Positions 57,322-64,000 of a stretch of DNA of 64,000 bases are shown piece after piece. The DNA comes from Pirellulales bacterium. Its GTDB lineage: Bacteria; Planctomycetota; Planctomycetia; Pirellulales; PALSA-1355. The notes beneath the pieces are model-generated. The model saw nothing but the letters and a program-made list of their open reading frames with translations. It was not told where the DNA came from and searched no databases. Both the position numbers and the translations under genes were made by a program. The stretch spans positions 32,001 through 96,000 of the forward strand of contig CAVTBU010000007.1 in assembly GCA_963733035.1 (NCBI GenBank), written 5' to 3'. Position 1 is the first letter of the stretch, and every line of letters begins with the position of its first letter.

Positions 57322-58380
57322 ATGGCGGATAAGAAGAAGATGTCCGTGGCCGAGATTCTGGCCGCGGCGCGAAAAGCCGATGCAGGCGGCGAGGCCGCTG
57401 CCAGCGAGCCACCTCCGGAAGCGGCAGCGCCCGCGGAAGCTGCCAGCGAGGCTCCGGCCTCGAAGCCGGCAGCAAAGCCCGCTGCCAAGTCCGGCGGAGC
57501 GCGGCCAAGTGTTGCCGAAATGATGGCGGCCGCACGAGCCGAAAAGAGCGGCGCCGCCAAACCCGCTGCTGCCAAGCCGGCTGCCCCGAAGGCCGCTGCG
57601 CCAGCGAAGAAGGAATCGCCTGCTCCCAAGGCGGCACCCGCCAAAAAAGAGCCGGTCGCGGCCGCCGCCGCCGAGCCCAAAGACACAGGCAGTATTTTGG
57701 CTGCGGCCCGCAGTGCGCATAAGCCGGGCCCCATGTCGAAGGCCGAGGCTGCCGCCAAGGCGCCGGCCGCCGCCCCTGCGGCCAAAGCCGCGAAGGCGAA
57801 AATCGCCGTCCCGCCGATGCCAGTGAAGCCCGCCTATGCCAAGCCGAAGCCCAAGCCGGTGGTGAGCGAGGGTCGGCGTAACTTTCTGATCGACGTGATG
57901 TTCGGATCGTTTCTTGGGGCGGGATTCGTCTTTTTGTCAGCGACCTTTGGTCTCTGGACGCTGGCCACGGCCCGCTTCATGTTCCCCAATGTGCTGATGG
58001 AGCCGCCCAGTAAGTTCAAGGTCGGCTTCCCCAGTAACTTCGCGCCGGGCCAGGTGGAAACCAAGTTCATCGCCCAATACGGCGTGTGGATTGTCAATTA
58101 CGAGTACAACGGTCAGCCCGAGATTTACGCGTTGCGGTCGGTCTGCACGCACCTGGGCTGCACGCCCAACTGGTTGGAGGGGGAGCAGAAGTTCAAGTGC
58201 CCCTGCCACGGTAGCGGTTTCTACAAAGACGGCATTAACTTCGAAGGTCCCGCGCCGCGGCCCCTCGAGCGTTATGCCATCCGCATTGCCGACGACGGCC
58301 AGTTGGAAGTCGACAAGAGTAAGCTCTTTCAGGAAGAAATCGGGCAGTGGAGCGATCCTGCTTCCTACGTCGCGGTCTAA
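57322..58380 (+). CDS. Rieske 2Fe-2S subunit with a long Ala/Lys/Pro-rich N-terminal extension
   Basis: Twin-Arg GRRNFL, TM helix, CTHLGC, CPCHGS, GPAPRPL. Confidence 0.95.
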   Translation: MADKKKMSVAEILAAARKADAGGEAAASEPPPEAAAPAEAASEAPASKPAAKPAAKSGGARPSVAEMMAAARAEKSGAAKPAAAKPAAPKAAAPAKKESPAPKAAPAKKEPVAAAAAEPKDTGSILAAARSAHKPGPMSKAEAAAKAPAAAPAAKAAKAKIAVPPMPVKPAYAKPKPKPVVSEGRRNFLIDVMFGSFLGAGFVFLSATFGLWTLATARFMFPNVLMEPPSKFKVGFPSNFAPGQVETKFIAQYGVWIVNYEYNGQPEIYALRSVCTHLGCTPNWLEGEQKFKCPCHGSGFYKDGINFEGPAPRPLERYAIRIADDGQLEVDKSKLFQEEIGQWSDPASYVAV

Positions 58381-58581
58381 GTCTGGGAGGCTGTCGTCCC
58401 GGCCGCGTGAGTTGCTGCGCTTTGGGGAAGTCCGCCGCGAGTTGCCAGTCCTCGTGGTCCGTGTGTCATGGCCGTCGAGTATGTGCGGGCTCCCGGCACG
58501 ATTCGAAGCGCGATGTGTCTGATCGATCAAGCCGGTGAAGCAAGGTTTCAATTTCAGATTTCAAAGGCGCGGTAGCAAACG

Positions 58582-59355
58582 ATGTCCATAGGTGAAATGA
58601 TCCGCGAGTCGCAGGTGTGGAAGAGCGTCTTCCGCCACCCCATGCCGCAGGATCGCCGCAATCGCATTGTGGTGATGCTGACGAACTTCTTCCTGCACTT
58701 GCATCCCGTCTCGATCAAAAAGCAGGGTATCGCCCTCAGCTACACCTGGTGCATGGGCGGCGTGACCTTCTTTCTGTTTCTGGTTGAAACGGTCACCGGC
58801 GTGCTGTTGATGTTCTACTACCGGCCGACGCTGGAGTGGGCCTACAACGATATTTTGGCACTGCGCGACGTGACGTCACTGGGCATCTTGCGCGAGGTGC
58901 ATCGCTGGGGGGCCCATGCGATGGTGATCACCGTCTGGCTGCATATGTATCGCGTGTTCTTGACCGGCAGCTACAAGCCGCCCCGCGAATTCAACTGGGT
59001 TATCGGCGTCATTCTGCTCTTGCTGACGCTGTTGCTCTCCTTTACCGGCTACCTACTCCCCTGGGACCAGCTCGCCATCTGGGCGATCACGGTGGGTTCG
59101 AACATGGCGCGGGCCACGCCCATTTTGGGGCACGAAGGGCCGGGTCAGCAGTTGTTGAATATTCAAGGGATCGACATGATTACGAACGCCTCCGACGCGC
59201 GGTTTGCCCTGTTGGGTGCGCGCTTCGTCGGCGAAGAGACGTTGAATCGGTTCTACATCCTGCACTGTATTGCAATTCCGCTGGGCGTGGCGCTACTGCT
59301 AGCGATCCACTTTTGGCGGGTGCGCAAGGATGGCGGCATCAGCGGTCCGCTGTAG
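58582..59355 (+). CDS. Cytochrome b6-type (N-terminal half of a split cytochrome b)
   Basis: TWCMGG (heme ci Cys position), [21 protein letters not shown]-x14-H, GISGPL. Confidence 0.95.
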   Translation: MSIGEMIRESQVWKSVFRHPMPQDRRNRIVVMLTNFFLHLHPVSIKKQGIALSYTWCMGGVTFFLFLVETVTGVLLMFYYRPTLEWAYNDILALRDVTSLGILREVHRWGAHAMVITVWLHMYRVFLTGSYKPPREFNWVIGVILLLLTLLLSFTGYLLPWDQLAIWAITVGSNMARATPILGHEGPGQQLLNIQGIDMITNASDARFALLGARFVGEETLNRFYILHCIAIPLGVALLLAIHFWRVRKDGGISGPL

Positions 59356-59438
59356 CCGGCTTCCCAGGCGGCCGATCGAGCCGGGTTTGTCATTGGTAGC
59401 CAGTTGATATTCGGGGCGACTCAACGAGCGAAGTCACT

Positions 59439-60761
59439 ATGCACGGTGTATCGGAAGCCGATTTTCTGAGGGGAATTTCCCCGTTCCTGGGCGGATACTA
59501 CTTGTCTCTGGCCCTTGCGAACGCCGTCATGGCCTACCACATGTGGCACAATCGCCATCGCAACCGCGATGCGATCGTGTGGGTGGCCGTGACCCTGTTT
59601 TTGGTGACCATCGCGGCCGCCGCGATGGGTGGCAACCCGCCGGAATTGCCGGCGGCATTTCACCATTTTGCCAACTGGGCGACCGGGCCTGTGATCTACA
59701 GCGTTGGCACCACGGTTCTCTTAGTGCTGGCCTACGTGCTTCGCGGCTGGCTCGTGCGGCCGATGGTCGGTTGGTCGCTCCTGAATCTCTCGCTCATTTC
59801 GCTCGGTTTTTCGATGGCCGAGCCGAACTTCGCGGCCATCGTCACCAAGCCGGACAATGTACCGATCGTGGGGCTCGTGTTCCTGTTGGGTTTCTTCACC
59901 TGGCTGGCCACCGGCAAGGCAGTGGAAAATGACCGCCGCGATCGGGAAGGTCTGCCACCCGCCGAAAAGCTTGACGACGAGAAGGTGCTGGTTTGGCCTG
60001 ACTTGGTCTATACCGAGCTCATCTGCATGGTGGCCCTGACGGCCTTCCTGTTGATCTGGGCCATCGCCCTCCAAGCTCCTCTCGAGGAACCGGCTTCGAG
60101 CGTCAAGACGCCCAACCCGTCGAAGGCTCCCTGGTACTTCCTCGGTCTGCAGGAAATGCTGGTCTATTACGATCCCTGGATGGCCGGCGTGGTGCTGCCG
60201 AGCCTGGTGCTGGTGGGGCTGGCCGCGATTCCTTATTTGGATTTCAACAAGCGCGGCAACGGCTACTACACAATCAATCAGCGCAAGTTTGCCTACCTGG
60301 TTTTCCAGTTCGGCTTTTTGGAGCTGTGGGTCACGCTGATCATTCTCGGTACGTTCTTCCGCGGTCCGAACTGGAACATTTTCGGGCCGTTCGAGTATTG
60401 GGACCCGCACAAGGTGCTTGCACTGAACAACGTCGATCTGTCGCAGTACTTTTGGATCTCCTGGCTCGGACAGTCGCTGCCCAAGGCGCCGCCAAACGCA
60501 TCGCTGTTTGTCGAGATCGGAACGATTCTCAAGCGCGAATGGTTGGGTATCGTGCTGGTGGGGGCGTACTTCGTCGTCTTGCCTCCGATCCTGGCCACCA
60601 CGATCTTCCGCAACTTTTTTGCCCGGATGGGATTTATCCGTTTCATGTTGATGGCGAACCTGCTGCTGTTCATGGCCGCCTTGCCGCTGAAGATGGTGCT
60701 CCGCTGGACGCTGAACATGAAGTACATCATTTCCATCCCCGAATTCTTCCTGAACTTTTAA
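59439..60761 (+). CDS. Subunit IV-like cytochrome b C-terminal protein with extra TM helices
   Basis: VWPDLV, APLEEPA..TPNPSKAPWYFLGLQE, IPYLD. Confidence 0.88.
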   Translation: MHGVSEADFLRGISPFLGGYYLSLALANAVMAYHMWHNRHRNRDAIVWVAVTLFLVTIAAAAMGGNPPELPAAFHHFANWATGPVIYSVGTTVLLVLAYVLRGWLVRPMVGWSLLNLSLISLGFSMAEPNFAAIVTKPDNVPIVGLVFLLGFFTWLATGKAVENDRRDREGLPPAEKLDDEKVLVWPDLVYTELICMVALTAFLLIWAIALQAPLEEPASSVKTPNPSKAPWYFLGLQEMLVYYDPWMAGVVLPSLVLVGLAAIPYLDFNKRGNGYYTINQRKFAYLVFQFGFLELWVTLIILGTFFRGPNWNIFGPFEYWDPHKVLALNNVDLSQYFWISWLGQSLPKAPPNASLFVEIGTILKREWLGIVLVGAYFVVLPPILATTIFRNFFARMGFIRFMLMANLLLFMAALPLKMVLRWTLNMKYIISIPEFFLNF

Positions 60762-60806
60762 TCTCCACGCATTGAAGACGCGCGACGCAGGCGCGAGATA
60801 TCGACC

Positions 60807-63800
60807 ATGCCCGCTACCGAACAAACTTGGCGCGACTCCAAGCTGCTGCATCTGGTCTTCGGCATCACCGCCTTGCTGATGCTCGTTTCCACGGTCTGGA
60901 TGCTGGCCGCGGACCATCGCCGCGAGTGGAAAGTCTACCAGAACAGATTCCGCAACATCGAAGCCTGGTCGGCCCAATCGCGCCTGAGCCAGCAGCAAAG
61001 CGCTCAGTTCGAAAGCGAAGTCAGCGAAGCCCACGAGGCGTTGGCCAAGGCCCAGCACGAAGTGCCGCCGCCGGATCTGATCAATCGCTTTACCGCTCGC
61101 GTGCGCCAGCAGGCTGAAGAGCACAAAGAGCAAGCCAATACCGCGCCGGTCGACGACGCATACAAGGCGCTGCAGAGTGCTCCGGAAGAACAGCGACCCG
61201 AGCGCCGCGATCAACTGAATGAGGCTCTGGGTGAATTCGTGGGTGTTGCGCGTTTTCAGGAAAACAAGTTAGCGTCGCATCAAGAAATTCCGCCTTGGCC
61301 GAGTTTGACGTCGCCCGCAGCGAATACGAGCTCGGCGTTGGCAACGACTTGCCGCAAGTCGCAACTGCAGGCGATGCAGGAGAAAGTCACGGAGATTCGC
61401 GAGCGCGTCGAATCAGCGAATCTCGAACTGCAGGACGTGGCCGCCTATCGGCGAGACTTGGAAGGTCTGGTCGCCCAGATGTTCCAGTCCCAGACCGACG
61501 CCCGCAAGCAACTCGACGACCTGCTGGTCAAACGCAAGCAACTGGAAGAGGCTTTGTACGAGCGTGAAACCAAGGTCATGAACGAGGTGATCGGGTTGCC
61601 GATCATCGACGCCTTCTCGCCCAAGAAGATCGACCAGATTTGGCTGCCGAACCTCACGATCAATTACAACTTTCGCGACGTGCCCCGTTTCGACCGCTGC
61701 ACGAACTGCCACCAGGGCATCGACCGCACGGCCCCCGGTTCAGCCGTCGACCCCGCCTACCCGCACGAACATATCGTGACGGTCAGCCTGGAAACGCCGT
61801 CGGAGCGGCCCGAGGGGCTCGACAAGGAGCCGGAAAAAGGGATCACGGTCGAACGGCATTTGAACAACCTGATTCAGGAAATCTATGGATTGCAGTTGGC
61901 CCAGCAGGGGCTGGTCGATCCGGACGAAGCCGTGGTCAGCGTGGTCCGGCCCGAGACGCCGGCGGCCAAGGCCGGAATGATCGTGTCCGACGCCATCATT
62001 TCCGTCGACGGCACGAAGCTCCTCGACAAGGACGACGTCTACAACTACCTGCTCGAGACGGTCCAGTGGGGACAGCCGCTCGAGCTTACGTTGCGACGCG
62101 GCCTGCCAAACCCGTTCGCCAGCCATCCTCGGCTCGACCTGTTCGTGGGCTCGCTCAGCCCGCACACATTGCAGAATGTCGGTTGCACAATTTGTCACGA
62201 CGGGCAGGGGAGCGCCACGGCCTTCAAGTGGGCGTCGCACGCGCCGAACGATCCGCTCGAGGCGGAAGATTGGAAGCGCGAGTACGGCTGGTTCGACAAC
62301 CATCACTGGATCTTTCCGATGTACCCCAACCGGTTCTCGGAAAGCCTGTGCTTGAAGTGTCATCACGACGTCGTGGAATTGCAGCCCAGCAAGCGGTTCC
62401 CCGACCCACCGGCGCCGAAGCTCGTGGAGGGCTTCAATCTGATCAAGGACGTGGGCTGCTTCGGCTGCCACGAAATCAACGGTTTCGACGGCCCCAACCG
62501 CCGCATCGGTCCCGACCTGCGGGCCGAGCCGAACTACTCGCCGGCCGCCCAAGCGCTGCTGGCCACCGGCGATTTGACCGAACAGCAGCAAGCGTGGGCT
62601 CGTCAGGTCGTCAAGGAACCCGAGCAGCCGGCTCCGCGGCACTCGCTGACCGAGTCGCTCGACAATGCCGACAAATTGCCTGGCGATCCGACGATGGCCA
62701 AGCGATGGATTAGCGTGTTGGCCGACGTCGAAACGCCGGGCAAACTCCGCAAGGTTGGTCCCAGCCTGCGTCACGTGGCGAGCAAGCTCGACTTCGACTT
62801 TCTGTATTCCTGGATTCGCAAGCCAAGTGACTTCCGGCCCTCGACCAAGATGCCGCAATTTTTCGGTCTGTGGTCGGCCCTCGACGAGCACAGTCTGGAA
62901 ATCTCCGAGAAGTTCGAGCCGATCGAAATTCGCGGCATCGCCGAATACCTGCTGAGCGGTAGCCAGCCGTTCGAGTACGCCGTTCCGCCCGCCGAAGTGA
63001 AGGCGGCGCCGTCGGCCGAGCGGGGCAAGCACGCTTTTGAAATCCGCTGTCTGGCTTGTCACAAACACGACGCCTTCCCGGCCGGCAAGATGACCCAGGG
63101 TCCGGACCTCTCGAAGCTGGGTTCGAAACTGGGTGGCCAAGACAACCCGAACGGACCGAAGTGGCTCTACTCGTGGCTCCGCAATCCGAGTTCGTACCAT
63201 CCGCGGACGCTAATGCCCAACATGATCCTCACGCCGGTCACCACGGTGACCGACCCGGCCAAGCCCGAGGGTGAGTTGACCGATCCCGCGGCCGACATCG
63301 CGGCCTTCTTGCTCGACAGCAAGGGCTGGGAACCGACCAACGTTCCTTCGCGTGAGCTGACCAAGGAAGAATCCGAGGCGCTCGAAGCCCTGGCACTTGA
63401 GAACCTGCAAAACACGTTCTCCCGCCATCAGGCCGAGGAGTATCTCAACAGCGGCATTCCCGAGGACTTGCGCGACGAGTTGAAAGGCGACGAGGTCGAG
63501 CTGGTTGGCGAGATGACCGTGGAGAAGAAACTCCGCTACGTCGGACGCCGCTCGATCAGCAAGTACGGTTGCTCCGGCTGCCACGACATTCCGAACTTCG
63601 AAGACGTCAAGCCGATCGGCACCGGCCTGGCCGACTGGGCTCGCAAGACGCCCGACAAGCTGGCCTTCGAGCAGATCGTCGAATACATGAAGCAGGGGCA
63701 CGGCACGCCGGGCGCTCTGCACTACAGCCAGGAATACAGTGAGCACGAAACGGTCGCCGAAGAAGACAAGGCCATCGAGGAGACCGAAACAAGCGGTCAC

Positions 63801-64000
63801 GGCCACTCGTTCAATTTCCTGAACATGGACCCGACCATGGGTTACTTCATGGAAAAGTTGGTCGGCCATCAGCGCGAGGGCTTCATCTGGCAGAAGCTCC
63901 GCGAGCCGCGTAGCTACGACTACAAGAAGACCCGCAACAAGAGCTACAACGAGCGGCTGCGGATGCCGCAGTTCACCGTGCTCGACGACCCTCAGCGTGA
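60807..64000 (+). CDS. Large membrane-anchored multiheme cytochrome c with a PDZ-like insertion (truncated by the window end)
   Basis: Starts MPATEQTWRD; TM and coiled coil; CxxCH at 61698, 62184, 62349, 62457, 63048 and 63570. Absent from the ORF track because it has no stop in the window. Confidence 0.92.
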   Translation, partial: MPATEQTWRDSKLLHLVFGITALLMLVSTVWMLAADHRREWKVYQNRFRNIEAWSAQSRLSQQQSAQFESEVSEAHEALAKAQHEVPPPDLINRFTARVRQQAEEHKEQANTAPVDDAYKALQSAPEEQRPERRDQLNEALGEFVGVARFQENKLASHQEIPPWPSLTSPAANTSSALATTCRKSQLQAMQEKVTEIRERVESANLELQDVAAYRRDLEGLVAQMFQSQTDARKQLDDLLVKRKQLEEALYERETKVMNEVIGLPIIDAFSPKKIDQIWLPNLTINYNFRDVPRFDRCTNCHQGIDRTAPGSAVDPAYPHEHIVTVSLETPSERPEGLDKEPEKGITVERHLNNLIQEIYGLQLAQQGLVDPDEAVVSVVRPETPAAKAGMIVSDAIISVDGTKLLDKDDVYNYLLETVQWGQPLELTLRRGLPNPFASHPRLDLFVGSLSPHTLQNVGCTICHDGQGSATAFKWASHAPNDPLEAEDWKREYGWFDNHHWIFPMYPNRFSESLCLKCHHDVVELQPSKRFPDPPAPKLVEGFNLIKDVGCFGCHEINGFDGPNRRIGPDLRAEPNYSPAAQALLATGDLTEQQQAWARQVVKEPEQPAPRHSLTESLDNADKLPGDPTMAKRWISVLADVETPGKLRKVGPSLRHVASKLDFDFLYSWIRKPSDFRPSTKMPQFFGLWSALDEHSLEISEKFEPIEIRGIAEYLLSGSQPFEYAVPPAEVKAAPSAERGKHAFEIRCLACHKHDAFPAGKMTQGPDLSKLGSKLGGQDNPNGPKWLYSWLRNPSSYHPRTLMPNMILTPVTTVTDPAKPEGELTDPAADIAAFLLDSKGWEPTNVPSRELTKEESEALEALALENLQNTFSRHQAEEYLNSGIPEDLRDELKGDEVELVGEMTVEKKLRYVGRRSISKYGCSGCHDIPNFEDVKPIGTGLADWARKTPDKLAFEQIVEYMKQGHGTPGALHYSQEYSEHETVAEEDKAIEETETSGHGHSFNFLNMDPTMGYFMEKLVGHQREGFIWQKLREPRSYDYKKTRNKSYNERLRMPQFTVLDDPQR

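Noticed and set aside
57380..57860. DNA repeat array or CRISPR-like element
   Set aside because: The repetitiveness is explained by Ala/Lys/Pro codons in the Rieske tail

Overview
High-GC bacterial chromosome segment, most likely from a Planctomycetota (Pirellulales-like) genome. That assignment is an inference from gene content: a sulfatase, an FHA-GAF-PP2C phosphatase, TadE/TadG-like pilins, and a split cytochrome b Rieske complex with a giant multiheme cytochrome c. It is mostly core and signalling DNA: three GGDEF diguanylate cyclases, two hybrid histidine kinases, recQ, ftsH, aroC, holA, ABC-2 transporter genes, a Ca2+/Na+ antiporter, ggt, a ComD/ComE-like TPP decarboxylase pair, a Dus gene, dps, pyrBC, and the start of a b6-type Rieske/cytochrome b operon that runs off the right end. 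I saw no rRNA, tRNA, CRISPR array, transposase or phage gene. About 15 genes, including housekeeping ones, are broken by 1-2 nt indels that almost all sit in or beside GCGC. These look like long-read consensus errors, possibly methylation-linked, not true pseudogenes. The most interesting candidates are: (i) a RedB-like thiol protein + His-rich membrane sensor kinase + REC-GGDEF module; (ii) the Rieske/cyt b6/PDZ-multiheme complex, with its repeat-bearing Rieske tail and Rex/CRP-like operator; (iii) a possible attenuator leader upstream of pyrBC; (iv) several unannotated small ORFs. All family assignments come from motif recognition; no database search was run.
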